A stretch of DNA of 27,862 nt from a virus (lineage: Duplodnaviria > Caudoviricetes). The stretch lies in IMG/VR virus record IMGVR_UViG_3300038321_000073, positions 1 to 27,862 of that record; one strand, written 5' to 3'. The translations under genes were made by a program, and so were the position numbers. The notes beneath the pieces are model-generated. The model worked only from the letters and a program-made list of their open reading frames with translations. It was not told where the DNA came from and made no database searches. Below, one piece after another: positions 15,940 to 26,165 of the stretch (its first letter is position 1; each line of letters opens with the position of its first letter).

Positions 15940-18360
15940 TTGGCGGATAATCCTAATATAAAAGTCACAGCAGATACCTCGCAGGCTATGCAAGCTTTAC
16001 ATGCTCTATCAGATACAATGAGCAAAATGAGTAAAAATATACAGAACTCAGCTAAAGGCTTCGGTAAAATTGGACAAAGTATTCAGGACTTCGGAGATAA
16101 TTTATATTCAGCAGGTTCTAAGTTGACAGCAGGTTTATCTTTACCTTTGGCTGGAATCGGAAAAAAAATGATTGAAGCCGGAGCAAACTTGCAGGCTTTT
16201 GAAGCAACATATAAGCAGTCATTCAAAGGTTTAGCAAGTTCAGCTACGAAGTGGGCAGGTACTACAGCAAAGGCCATAGGATACACCGATACACAGGTAA
16301 GACAGCAGTTATTAAGCTTTAATCAATACGGAAAAGCTATGGGAATGACTGGTACTACTGCATTAGACTTTTCAAAGAAAATGGTTACTCTGACTGACGA
16401 TTTGGCGGCGTTCTATGACGTTGATCCTACAGAAGCTACAGACAGGATGAAATCCGCTCTAATGGGAAATTTTGAAGCTGTTGACAAGCTCGGACTAGCG
16501 TTCGGAGAAGCTACTATAAAAGGTGAAATGTTACGAGAAGGTTTAAAAGGTCAATATGCAGATTTGGACAGTGCTAAGAAAATGTGGGTATTGTATAACC
16601 TAGCAATAAAGCAATCAGCGGACGCTCAGGGACAGGCTTCCAGAGAATCGGATCAGTTTCAGGCTCAAATGCAGAATATAAAAGGCCAGCTTCAAGAATT
16701 AGCCTACAAAGGTTTTTCAGTATTACAGCCAGAGATTCAAGACTTCCTAGACAAGATTAAATCTCTTATAGCAAGGCTACAAAAACTTAGTCCTGAACAG
16801 ATTAAGACTTTAGCTCATGTAGCAGAGTTCTTAATTGTAGCTCCTTTTGTGACTATGTATTTAGGTATCATCATATCTTCTGTAGGTAGACTTACAAAAC
16901 TTATGAAGAATATTGTAGGTGCTATCGGTTGGATGACTGACTTCAAGAAACGTTCTGCTGACATGACAAAGGCTTGGGGTGGATTCTCAAAGTTCTTTAC
17001 TAAAACAATTCCTAACATGGCAAAAGGTATCGGTGGACTTGTTATGTCAATTGGTACAGCACTCGGCCCTGTAGGTATTGCTATTCTTGCTCTAGTTGAT
17101 ATTGTAGCTCTTGTCGCTTATGAAGTTTATAAGCACTGGGACGCTGTAAAAAAGAAAACAATAGAAGTTTGGAATGGTATAGGGACTTTCTTAGCTGGTG
17201 TTTGGGCAGGAATATCTGGTGTAGCTTCTACTATTTGGGGAGGTATTTCAGGATTCTTTGCAGGATTATGGGCAGGAATCGTAGGAATCTTTCAAACATA
17301 TATAGCTCCTATTGGACAATTTTTTGCTAGTTTATTCAGTACAATAGGTGCAGGAATAATGTCTTTTGCGAGCATGGTAGCACAGGTAATTATGGCAATC
17401 GCACAACCTTTCCTTTACCTTTGGAATGACATTATATCACCTATAGGACAGTTTATTGGAGGATTCTTCGTAGCTTTGGGACAGCTTGTAGCGTGGGTAT
17501 TTCAGCAGGTAATAGGTACTGCGATTAATTGGTTAGCTACTCAATGGAATTGGTTTTACAGCAGTGTTATAGCTCCTGTAGGTCAGGCAATAGGATCGGC
17601 CATTAGTGCTGTGGGACAATTCTTTATCATGTTATGTACAAATTATGCTCAACCTGCAATAACTTATATACAAGCTTTGTGGGCAGGGCTTTGTCAGGCT
17701 TTTCAGTCTTTTTATAACTCTTACATTGTACCTGTTGTAAATGCTTTTATATCTGCTTGGAACGGTGTAAAAAGTGCTTTTAGTGCTGTTGTCCAGACAT
17801 TAAAAAGTATTTGGCAAGGCTTTGTACAAGGACTTGTGAGTATCTGGAACGCTGTAGGAGTTCCTTTCATTAATGATATAAAAAGTGTTTGGAGTACCGT
17901 AAGTGGAGCTTGGAGTTCTGCTTTGGCCGGCATAAGAGGTATGTGGAGCAATTTTATCGGTGGACTGAAATCGGCTTGGAACTCTTTTAAAAGTTGGTTT
18001 AAACTTCCTCATTTATCTATTTCAGGATCTTGGGATCTGACACCTCCTGATATTTCAGTTCCTCATTTTAATATTGACTGGTATGCAAAAGGTGGTATAT
18101 TCAATAGTCCTACTGTAATCGGAGTTGGTGAAGCAGGAAAAGAAATGGCTTTACCTCTGAATAAGAAAGTGCTTGGACAATTAGGAACAAATATAATGGC
18201 TTCTATACCAGATAACTTAAAACAGGATTCAAATTCATCTGTGGAAATAAATGTAGCTAATTTGGTTGTTAGAGAGGAAGCAGATGTAAAGAAAATAGGA
18301 CAGGAACTTTACAGACTTCAGCAGAGAGAAAACAGAGCAAGAGGGAGGAGTAGATTTTAA
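15940..18360 (+). CDS. Tape measure protein
   Basis: 806 aa, Ala/Gly-rich helical, W/F spaced about 11 residues apart, central hydrophobic segments, WYAKGGIF..PT.IGVGEAG.E motif. Confidence 0.95.
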   Translation: MADNPNIKVTADTSQAMQALHALSDTMSKMSKNIQNSAKGFGKIGQSIQDFGDNLYSAGSKLTAGLSLPLAGIGKKMIEAGANLQAFEATYKQSFKGLASSATKWAGTTAKAIGYTDTQVRQQLLSFNQYGKAMGMTGTTALDFSKKMVTLTDDLAAFYDVDPTEATDRMKSALMGNFEAVDKLGLAFGEATIKGEMLREGLKGQYADLDSAKKMWVLYNLAIKQSADAQGQASRESDQFQAQMQNIKGQLQELAYKGFSVLQPEIQDFLDKIKSLIARLQKLSPEQIKTLAHVAEFLIVAPFVTMYLGIIISSVGRLTKLMKNIVGAIGWMTDFKKRSADMTKAWGGFSKFFTKTIPNMAKGIGGLVMSIGTALGPVGIAILALVDIVALVAYEVYKHWDAVKKKTIEVWNGIGTFLAGVWAGISGVASTIWGGISGFFAGLWAGIVGIFQTYIAPIGQFFASLFSTIGAGIMSFASMVAQVIMAIAQPFLYLWNDIISPIGQFIGGFFVALGQLVAWVFQQVIGTAINWLATQWNWFYSSVIAPVGQAIGSAISAVGQFFIMLCTNYAQPAITYIQALWAGLCQAFQSFYNSYIVPVVNAFISAWNGVKSAFSAVVQTLKSIWQGFVQGLVSIWNAVGVPFINDIKSVWSTVSGAWSSALAGIRGMWSNFIGGLKSAWNSFKSWFKLPHLSISGSWDLTPPDISVPHFNIDWYAKGGIFNSPTVIGVGEAGKEMALPLNKKVLGQLGTNIMASIPDNLKQDSNSSVEINVANLVVREEADVKKIGQELYRLQQRENRARGRSRF

Positions 18361-19124
18361 TGTTTGATGTAAAATTTAATAATGTTTCAATACCTAGTTT
18401 TGTTGTTGTACAGGCTGTTGACCTTCCTGCTCTTGGAGAAGTTTCTACTAACATTGTCAGTAAAACTGGCGGTGTTGGTGGGATTCTTTCTGGACTGACA
18501 ATCGGTTCTAAAACAATAAAATTAAAAGTAAAAATCATTCCTCGTACCACAGGAGATACAATTCCTAGTATGTTGAGGACACTTGCTAACTGGTTAAGAG
18601 GTAATAACTGGAAAACTTCAGTTCTACAATTCATGGATGATCCTAATGTTGTATATGACGCTGTGGTAAATGATGGGGTTGATATCTCAGACTTAATTGT
18701 AGCAGGTGAAGGAGAGATAAGCTTTTTAGTACCTGCTGGTGTAGGTAGAGGAACTATTCATGGCAATCAAGCTACGGTAGACTTGGAAAATCAAACAGCA
18801 ACGCTAGTTTATAATGGTACAGCACCATCTTCAGCCTATATTTTTTATAAACCACATTATAATGTAGTTCCTGAAGATGATTGGACAATGACGGTGACAG
18901 AAACAGGAGATAGATTAAAAATTACAGACTTTATGAATTATACAGAAACTACTATAGATTGTGAAACTAGGAGAATTGTATCTACTGGAATAACAAATAT
19001 GCAGAAAGTTCTTGTGAATTATTCAGAATGGATAAACTTTCCACATCAAGGAACGTTTCATATAACATGGAACTTTGATCCGAACTGTGAGCTTACAATA
19101 GCAACTACAGAATATTATTTCTAA
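18360..19124 (+). CDS. Distal tail protein (Dit)
   Basis: Follows tape measure; LQFMDDPNVVYDAV, GEISFLVP motifs. Confidence 0.85.
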   Translation: MFDVKFNNVSIPSFVVVQAVDLPALGEVSTNIVSKTGGVGGILSGLTIGSKTIKLKVKIIPRTTGDTIPSMLRTLANWLRGNNWKTSVLQFMDDPNVVYDAVVNDGVDISDLIVAGEGEISFLVPAGVGRGTIHGNQATVDLENQTATLVYNGTAPSSAYIFYKPHYNVVPEDDWTMTVTETGDRLKITDFMNYTETTIDCETRRIVSTGITNMQKVLVNYSEWINFPHQGTFHITWNFDPNCELTIATTEYYF

Positions 19125-19142
19125 AAGGAGAGGAGGAATTTT

Positions 19143-22100
19143 ATGGATTTTGTCGTTTTAAATAGAGATGAAGAAGCAGAAATAATGCTAACAGACAATG
19201 GGTATGACAAGGCTACAGTTAATTCAGCTAAGTTTCATGAAGAATTGGATGGATTGTCAACACTGGATTTAGAAGTACCTGTGACAATAGATACAGCAAT
19301 ATATGTTAGAGAAGAAAACATTATAGGCTTTTTTGATGAAAGTGTATTACTTGGAGCATGGAGATTTTTTGTTATAAAAGAAGTTAAAATTATTGATACA
19401 GCTCCGCAAAAGTCTATGACTGTTCACTGCGAAGATTACTCTCAGGAGCTTATTGACACAATTTATTATAGGGAGCAAAAGGGAAAGACGAATACTGTAG
19501 CTTTTATGGTAGACGAAATATTGAGTAATACTAGATGGGAAGTAAACCCTACAAAACCACTTGACAATCCTACAATTACTACTCCTTTTCCTGAAGAAAC
19601 ACAGTTTAAAACTTCTCTGGAAGCTTTACAAATTGTAGCTTCTGTTTTTGGACTTCATTTAGAGTTTGAGTTCCAGTATTTTGATATGAAGATTCAGCAC
19701 CGTTATTTGACTATGAAAGCAGAGTTAGGTGAGGATAGAGGAGTTACCTTTGATTATAATGTCAATATATCCGAGATTGAAAGGACAATAGACAGCACGA
19801 ATGTAAAGACAGCTATTGTACCTTACGGAAAAGAAACAGACGGAAACTTTGTTAATATATCAAATGTTGTCTGGACAAAACCTACCAATCCTGCGAATAA
19901 ACCTGCTGGAAGTGCAATACTTGAAGATACTGACGCTACAGCTTTATGGGGATTCGGTGATGGTACTGGTAATAAAAGGCCGAGATACGTGTATTACAGC
20001 AATACAGATGTAACAGATCCTAATGTACTTATTAAGGAAGCATGGAATCAGCTACAGACTGTAAATACTCCAAAAGTTAATTACAAGCTAACAGTTTTAG
20101 ATTTATATGCTTTATCTGGATATGATGTTGATGTCTTGGACATGAGAGTATGTCTTGGAGATATTATAAATGTTGTAGACAGATCCTTCCTATATAATAT
20201 GATGGTAAAAACTCATGTAATATCAAGAGATGTTGATTTGCTAAATGTAGGTTCTACAGAAATTGAACTTGGAAACTTTGTAGGATCTATTGTGCAGACT
20301 ACAAGCAGTCTATCCGGTCTATCTAGTGAAACAAATGTCATGAACATTACTACCGGATTAGCAAGGCTTGAAAATAATGTAACTGTCTTAGGTGATGGTG
20401 TCATTGAGTTAAAAGAGAATATAGGAGATCCTAGTGTTCCTATAAATTATAACTGGGTGCGAAATTCAGAGGTAAATAATGGTACTAGGTATTGGACATT
20501 TACAGGTACAACGGAGATAGCTCTTGTTACAGGTATTCCTTACTTTACTACAGGTGTTAAGCTGACAAATAATGCTTCTGTAAAACAATATATAGTAGGT
20601 ATCGAAAAGTTTATAGGTTATGACATCACCTTATCTGTATTTGCTAAAAGTGATACAGCAGAAAACACTGGACATTTCAACATTCACATAAACTATATTG
20701 AAACTGATACAGGTACGGCCATGACAAAGGAAATTCAAAGTCCTACATTCAGTCCACTCACAACAGATTGGCAAAGATTCTCATTCACTACTCCTATTGT
20801 CAAAGAAGCTGATATGCAAACAATAACAAGTATTGACTTTGAGTATGTTAAGGACAATGTAACTGGCTCTACTGCACTAACAGGCTTTATGATGAATCTC
20901 GGAAGTACACCTTCAAAGTATATCAAAAATCCAGATGATAGAATTGGTACTGGCTCTTATGACATGATAAAAGCTGTAAATAATGCTAATTTTGAATCAG
21001 GTTCTAGTTACGTTTACATTGAGGAAGAAGATGGAATTTGGGTTTATGACAAGCCTAATAATGATCCTGATAATCCTCCTACAAAAGCAGTAATTCTCAA
21101 AGGTGGTATGCTGGGAATTGCTAACTGGGATTCTGAAAATAATGAGTGGAATGTTGGGGCTTTCATAAACGGACAATCTGTAAATGCTGATTATATAAAT
21201 GCAGGAACTTTGTCTGCGGATAGATTAGAAATTGGCGGAATTAATCAGGAGAAATTAGCTCAAGATGTTCAAGACATTTTAGGAAGTGTTGACGGCAAAG
21301 CAGATGTAAGTTGGGTATCACAGGAGTTGACAGCTAGAGACGGGCAAATTGCACTAAAAGCTTCACAGACGGATTTGGAAAGTGTAGAAACTTTAGCTTC
21401 TGGTGCTAATGGAAACGCTCAAACAGCAGTATCTACAGCAAATTCAGCATTGTCTACAGCAAATGGTAAAGCAGATCCAGAGGACATAACAGAAGCAGTG
21501 GAAGGTGTGCAGGTTGGCGGAGTAAACATTATTCGACATGGTGATTGTGAAGATGAAATTCCTACATTAAATAACTCCTATAGACTTGTAGCCTTGACAG
21601 CAACATTGAGTATGGATCAAAAACTTTCTGGTGATTCTTCCTTAAAGCTGACAAATACATCTGCCAGTGTATCAGATAGGGAATTTATGTTAGGTGACGC
21701 TTCAACTTTAAATGGACTTACAGCAGGAAAATCTTACACAATCTCATTACAGACTTACATTCCTTCATCTACAGGAATCAGTCCTAGTGTTGTTATACCT
21801 CGAATTTTATATCATCTTTCATCTGGTTCATCTTCTGCTGTTACAGGTGCTTCTGCTACCACTACAGATACTTGGGAAAAACTTAAAATAACTTTTACAC
21901 TACCTTCAAACACAGATCAAGTTTATTTCCAGTTATATGTATATCAAAATGTCTCAGGTGGTTATATATATGTAGATGAAATACAGTTGGAAGAAGGTAC
22001 GAGAGCTACCACATTCAATGTTTCTCCTCTTGATACAAAGGAAGAAATTACAGCCTTAACAACCAGAGTATCGGAAGCAGAACTGAAAATAACTCCTGCT

Positions 22101-23309
22101 GAAATTGTTAGTACCGTTAGAAGCAGTACCGAGTATAATGCAGATTTAGACAGCAAAGCAAGTCCGGCAGATGTAGCTTCCGCAATAGATGGTGTGCAGA
22201 TTGGTGGAGTAAATTTATTACAGAGAGCAGATGATTTTGACGAAAGTTGGTGGAATAGTCAAGTCGGAGTGGCTTCAATAACAGGTCGTTTACTTGCCTT
22301 TTTAAATGATGGCACTGGACATAAATACGTAGCACATACTACTCAAAATATTCCAATTTCACCCTTAACTCAATATACCTTTAGCTGTAAGATAATGGCA
22401 GGTAATTCTACTTCCGCCAGTAAATTCTATGTTAGTGGTAATCAGAGTGATAATTGGAGTAATTTGTTTTACAGTGAATCTGTTCAAAATACAGATTGGA
22501 GAAAAATCACATATACTTTCACTACTCAAAATACTAAAACTCTTGCCATATCTATTGGAATTACAAACAATACGAATGATGGCTCTTATCTTTATATAAA
22601 AGAACCTAAACTTGAAATAGGCACAAAAGCTACAGAGTTTGATATTGCTCCACAAGATAGAATCGTACAATCTACACAAATTGCTCAAACATCTGAGAAT
22701 GTAAAAATAGGTTTTAACGGAATTTCAGATAGAGTTGTTATTGATGATAATGGTTTGACTATCAACAATGACAACAGTGATTCAGTTTTCTCCGCAGACA
22801 GTGATGGAAACTTGGTAATGAAGGGTAAACTTACAGCAGGTAGTGCAGATAGGATAGAACTTGATAATGGACATTTAACCTTTTTCCAAGATGATATTCA
22901 GACTAAAAGTATGAACGCTTGGGAATATCCGGCTAGGGTTTATCTAGGTAATTATAAATTAGATCCTTTAGGAACAGCATGGCATAGTTCAAATGAAAGT
23001 CAAGGTCTTGCTGTTGATGGAAAAATTATAACACAGTGGTATAGACTGAATATTGCAAGTTCTGTGGCAGTTGGCGAATATGCTGTATTTAATGGCCTTG
23101 TGCTTAATGAATGGTGGGAAAAAAATGCTTCTGGTGTTGGTGCTGTGATGGCTTTCTCAGTTGCACATGAAATGCTTCCAATGGTTGTTAATTGGGCTTA
23201 TAATGCTTCACGATTATATTCAATTGACTTGAGACTTAGAAATATAACTCAATCTGTTCAACCTGCTAGAAATATTGATGTTTGTGTTGTAGTTATTGCT
23301 AACTGGTAA
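19143..23309 (+). CDS. Tal-like tail hub/spike protein with three CBM-like modules (host recognition)
   Basis: N-terminal prophage tail endopeptidase-like region (IERTIDSTNVKTAIVPYGK, LGDIINV); modules starting NWVRNS/GGVNII/GGVNLL and ending NLGSTPS/QLEEGTRAT/KLEIGTKAT. Confidence 0.88.
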   Translation: MDFVVLNRDEEAEIMLTDNGYDKATVNSAKFHEELDGLSTLDLEVPVTIDTAIYVREENIIGFFDESVLLGAWRFFVIKEVKIIDTAPQKSMTVHCEDYSQELIDTIYYREQKGKTNTVAFMVDEILSNTRWEVNPTKPLDNPTITTPFPEETQFKTSLEALQIVASVFGLHLEFEFQYFDMKIQHRYLTMKAELGEDRGVTFDYNVNISEIERTIDSTNVKTAIVPYGKETDGNFVNISNVVWTKPTNPANKPAGSAILEDTDATALWGFGDGTGNKRPRYVYYSNTDVTDPNVLIKEAWNQLQTVNTPKVNYKLTVLDLYALSGYDVDVLDMRVCLGDIINVVDRSFLYNMMVKTHVISRDVDLLNVGSTEIELGNFVGSIVQTTSSLSGLSSETNVMNITTGLARLENNVTVLGDGVIELKENIGDPSVPINYNWVRNSEVNNGTRYWTFTGTTEIALVTGIPYFTTGVKLTNNASVKQYIVGIEKFIGYDITLSVFAKSDTAENTGHFNIHINYIETDTGTAMTKEIQSPTFSPLTTDWQRFSFTTPIVKEADMQTITSIDFEYVKDNVTGSTALTGFMMNLGSTPSKYIKNPDDRIGTGSYDMIKAVNNANFESGSSYVYIEEEDGIWVYDKPNNDPDNPPTKAVILKGGMLGIANWDSENNEWNVGAFINGQSVNADYINAGTLSADRLEIGGINQEKLAQDVQDILGSVDGKADVSWVSQELTARDGQIALKASQTDLESVETLASGANGNAQTAVSTANSALSTANGKADPEDITEAVEGVQVGGVNIIRHGDCEDEIPTLNNSYRLVALTATLSMDQKLSGDSSLKLTNTSASVSDREFMLGDASTLNGLTAGKSYTISLQTYIPSSTGISPSVVIPRILYHLSSGSSSAVTGASATTTDTWEKLKITFTLPSNTDQVYFQLYVYQNVSGGYIYVDEIQLEEGTRATTFNVSPLDTKEEITALTTRVSEAELKITPAEIVSTVRSSTEYNADLDSKASPADVASAIDGVQIGGVNLLQRADDFDESWWNSQVGVASITGRLLAFLNDGTGHKYVAHTTQNIPISPLTQYTFSCKIMAGNSTSASKFYVSGNQSDNWSNLFYSESVQNTDWRKITYTFTTQNTKTLAISIGITNNTNDGSYLYIKEPKLEIGTKATEFDIAPQDRIVQSTQIAQTSENVKIGFNGISDRVVIDDNGLTINNDNSDSVFSADSDGNLVMKGKLTAGSADRIELDNGHLTFFQDDIQTKSMNAWEYPARVYLGNYKLDPLGTAWHSSNESQGLAVDGKIITQWYRLNIASSVAVGEYAVFNGLVLNEWWEKNASGVGAVMAFSVAHEMLPMVVNWAYNASRLYSIDLRLRNITQSVQPARNIDVCVVVIANW

Positions 23310-23336
23310 GGAAGGAAAGAAGGGATAGTGATATAA

Positions 23337-23561
23337 ATGGATATAACAAAGAAAGTAGAATATAATTATAATTTTGAGGTATCTGACATAATAACGAATC
23401 AAAAGGCTTTATGCAGTTTGCAGGCAACAGTTGAGAATGGAGTTATATCTTTGTTTGTCTGTGGACAGCCTTATGAAAGAGTAAAAGCTGAATTAAATCC
23501 GCAAGTTGAAACAGCTTGTCAGGAATTTAAGGCAGAGCTAGAAAAAGAAATAGCAAAATAA
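23337..23561 (+). CDS. Hypothetical protein (74 aa)
   Basis: Purine-rich RBS; packed between the tail and lysis genes. Confidence 0.75.
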   Translation: MDITKKVEYNYNFEVSDIITNQKALCSLQATVENGVISLFVCGQPYERVKAELNPQVETACQEFKAELEKEIAK

Positions 23562-23570
23562 GGAGGTAGA

Positions 23571-23891
23571 ATGATAATCGAGGGAAGTTTAATTACAGTA
23601 ATTGCTACTGTAGTTTCTTCTCTCTTAACTGGCTGTATTACCTACAAAGTTGCTGTAATAAATGCTGACAAGGATAGAGCGGTTAAGCGAGAAGATTTTA
23701 TGGATAGTCAGACGAAACTTTTAATGAAAACTTACCAATCTGAGGTAGATGGACTAAAGAAAGATATAACAATTTTGCAGGACGAAAACCAGAAATTAAA
23801 AAATGAGGTACTCAATCTAAGATCGAAAATTATAGAAATAGAGGGGGGATATAATAATGAAGGAAAAATTACAATCTCTGATAGGAGTTAG
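23571..23891 (+). CDS. Membrane-anchored coiled-coil lysis-module protein (holin-accessory-like)
   Basis: One N-terminal hydrophobic helix then heptad repeats; RBS AAGGAGG. Confidence 0.7.
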   Translation: MIIEGSLITVIATVVSSLLTGCITYKVAVINADKDRAVKREDFMDSQTKLLMKTYQSEVDGLKKDITILQDENQKLKNEVLNLRSKIIEIEGGYNNEGKITISDRS

Positions 23892-24099
23892 AAAAATAAT
23901 TGCTCTGTCTATTACATTACTATTTATAATTCTTGCAATAATGGGAAAGGTTGACAGTAAGCTTGTGGAATATACTGTTACTTCTGTCATATCATTTTAC
24001 TTCGGTAAATCAACAGCTTTGGGTGGAGTTAAGACCGGACAAGCTGTTGCAGAAAATACAAGCACATCTGTAAGCACTGAACCACAATCAAAGAATTAA
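23857..24099 (+). CDS. Holin (two TM segments)
   Basis: VRKIIALSITLLFIILAIMG and VTSVISFYFG; upstream of the lysin. Confidence 0.8.
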   Translation: MKEKLQSLIGVRKIIALSITLLFIILAIMGKVDSKLVEYTVTSVISFYFGKSTALGGVKTGQAVAENTSTSVSTEPQSKN

Positions 24100-24113
24100 G
24101 GAGGTAAATTGAG

Positions 24114-24242
24114 TTGCCATTAAAGAAGGGGAAATCCCAAAAGACAATTAGCTCAAATGGGAAGTCACAAAAACAAGCTGTGGCAATTGCTTTAAGTAAA
24201 GCAGGCAAAAGTAAGAAAAAGAAGAAAAAGAAATCGAAATAA
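24114..24242 (+). CDS. Small very basic protein of the MPLKKG..QKQAVAIAL phage family (42 aa)
   Basis: AGGAGG 24099-24104, TTG start; MPLKKGKSQKTISSNGKSQKQAVAIALSKAGKSKKKKKKKSK*; below the ORF-track cutoff. Confidence 0.8.
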   Translation: MPLKKGKSQKTISSNGKSQKQAVAIALSKAGKSKKKKKKKSK

Positions 24243-24254
24243 AAGGAGGTTTAT

Positions 24255-25322
24255 ATGAAACGCAGGTATAGTGGGGCGTTAGCATTGATTATAGCTTTTG
24301 TAATCAGTGCTTTTTTTATCCCCCAAAATGTTAATGCTGAAACTATTTATAATGGTATCGACGTGTATGAGTATAGCAATATAACAGACTATCAAGCACT
24401 TAGAAACGCCGGAGTATCTGTCATAATCCAGAAAGCTTCCGAAGGTAATAGCTATAACGATAAGCTTCTATATTACAGAGCTTCAACAGCACCTAAGTAT
24501 GGCTTTAAGATTGGCTATTACCACTTCGCTTCAAACAATGGACAACCTATCACACAGGCTCAACATTTCTTGAGCAGAATCAAAGGACTTCAAAATGATA
24601 CAGTCCTCTGGCTAGATATAGAACAGCCTTATATTGGTAGACAGTGGACAAGGTCGGAAGCAATTAATTTCACGAATCAATTTATAAGATATGTTCAGAG
24701 TCAAGGATATAAGATCGGTGTCTATACAAACAATAGCTTTTATTATGAAAATCTGCAAGGGAACATTCCTAATGTACCTCTGTGGATGGCTAGTTATGGC
24801 CGACAACCAGATCAATTTCCAGAAAGAGTTAGCTGGCAGTATACAGGTACGGGTTATGTAAATGGCGTACAAGGTTATGCAGACAAGGATTACTTCAATA
24901 GTACAATCTTTGGAGGGTATTTGCCTGCTCCTGAAACTTCTGTAACTCCTGTAGACAACGAAATAAAGCAAATTCAGCACAATCTCAATAGAGTTATGAA
25001 TTTTGGACTTGCTGAAGATGGAATACAGGGATCTCAAACAACTCAGGCTATAACAGAATTTCAGAAAATTGAAGGACTGGCTACAGATGGAATCGCAGGC
25101 ACTAAAACAGTATCAGCTCTAAATGAAATTTTGTCTTTTCCAACTTGCAAATATGGTAATAGAGGATATACAACTCGCTACCTTCAATACCTTTATCAAA
25201 TAGGAATAGATGGAGTTTTCGGGAATCAAACTGTACAAGCTACAAAGACATATCAGAGAAGTCATGGCTTGTCAGTGGACGGAATAGTAGGACAAGCAAC
25301 TTGGAAAGCATTATTTAAATAA
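24255..25322 (+). CDS. Endolysin: signal peptide + GH25 muramidase + two PG_binding_1 domains
   Basis: GIDV, KASEG, GYYHF, WLDIE, WQYT; repeated L..DGI.G..T motifs; N-terminus MKRR + hydrophobic core + VNA. Confidence 0.93.
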   Translation: MKRRYSGALALIIAFVISAFFIPQNVNAETIYNGIDVYEYSNITDYQALRNAGVSVIIQKASEGNSYNDKLLYYRASTAPKYGFKIGYYHFASNNGQPITQAQHFLSRIKGLQNDTVLWLDIEQPYIGRQWTRSEAINFTNQFIRYVQSQGYKIGVYTNNSFYYENLQGNIPNVPLWMASYGRQPDQFPERVSWQYTGTGYVNGVQGYADKDYFNSTIFGGYLPAPETSVTPVDNEIKQIQHNLNRVMNFGLAEDGIQGSQTTQAITEFQKIEGLATDGIAGTKTVSALNEILSFPTCKYGNRGYTTRYLQYLYQIGIDGVFGNQTVQATKTYQRSHGLSVDGIVGQATWKALFK

Positions 25323-25327
25323 ATCAT

Positions 25328-25372
25328 AGGCAGTTGGAAGTTTAAAAACTTCTAGCTGTCTTATTTTTTTTT
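25328..25372 (+). terminator. Terminator ending the late operon
   Basis: AGGCAGTTGGAAGTT/AACTTCTAGCTGTCT stem plus T9. Confidence 0.88.
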
Positions 25373-25594
25373 ACACTATATAAATTATTTTTCCTACTTA
25401 ATTATATATCTATTTTAATGTACTTCCTTTTTTCCTTTTTTGTCACAGGTAATACATATAGATTGTAACAAACGCACATTAAAGATACATAGACTTATTG
25501 AAGATACACACGCTTTTGTAAAGACTATAACCTTCAAAGTTTATACATATATTAATTTTTCAATTTGATAAACTAAAGAAGGAGCTGAAATAAA

Positions 25595-26038
25595 TTGGCA
25601 ATTACTAAAAAGCAGATTTTAGCATATGTAATAAATGCTCCACTATGGGAGTGTATTAGTACAAAGGAAAAGAATGTAATAAAATATAAAGACCAAGAAT
25701 ACTATGTGCTTGTGCAGGAAAGAAAAGAGTTTAAACGCTGTACAATACAAAAGTTACAAAAAGAAGTATGGAGAGTACCCGTAAAATATATAATACCTTA
25801 TACAGCAGAACAGCGATTAGGTTTTGAAGGTATAAGCAATCCACGAGCTATAGAAGCACTAGAGAACATACAGAAGGAACTTAAAGAGAACTTTATAGAG
25901 GTGGCTAGATGTCTTATTCGTAGTAAGATGAAGTTTTATAATGACATGGTGGACAAGCTAGGAGCTAAATTTATATGGAATCCGATTGACAATAAAGAGC
26001 TTAAAATGAAAGGCTTTATTATTTATAGGAAAAAATAG
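25595..26038 (+). CDS. Hypothetical protein (147 aa)
   Basis: RBS AAGGAG, TTG start, own terminator. Confidence 0.75.
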   Translation: MAITKKQILAYVINAPLWECISTKEKNVIKYKDQEYYVLVQERKEFKRCTIQKLQKEVWRVPVKYIIPYTAEQRLGFEGISNPRAIEALENIQKELKENFIEVARCLIRSKMKFYNDMVDKLGAKFIWNPIDNKELKMKGFIIYRKK

Positions 26039-26054
26039 TGATAATAACATCAGG

Positions 26055-26084
26055 GAAGCAGGAAAAATCTGCTTCTTTTTTTTT
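26055..26084 (+). terminator. Rho-independent terminator
   Basis: GAAGCAG/CTGCTTC stem plus T9. Confidence 0.88.
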
Positions 26085-26112
26085 ATTTTTTGGAGAAAGA
26101 GCAATTACAGTC

Positions 26113-26165
26113 ATATCAACGTCTATAACACATTTCACTTAGTCAATCCAGCATGTAACTATATA
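26113..26165 (-). repeat. Conserved non-coding element, copy 2 (inverted relative to 5325-5377)
   Basis: Minus strand TATATAGtTACATGCTGGATT-N24-GTTGATAT. Confidence 0.8.

Noticed and set aside
19143-23561. Diversity-generating retroelement target
   Set aside because: No reverse transcriptase and no adenine-specific TR/VR pair seen
1169-24612. Many minus-strand ORFs overlapping major genes (e.g. 1169, 6012, 8762, 10354, 16083, 18269, 22365, 24612)
   Set aside because: Antisense shadows of well-supported + strand genes, lacking RBS or motifs; only 9769-9996 and the 5509-5761 pseudogene have their own signals
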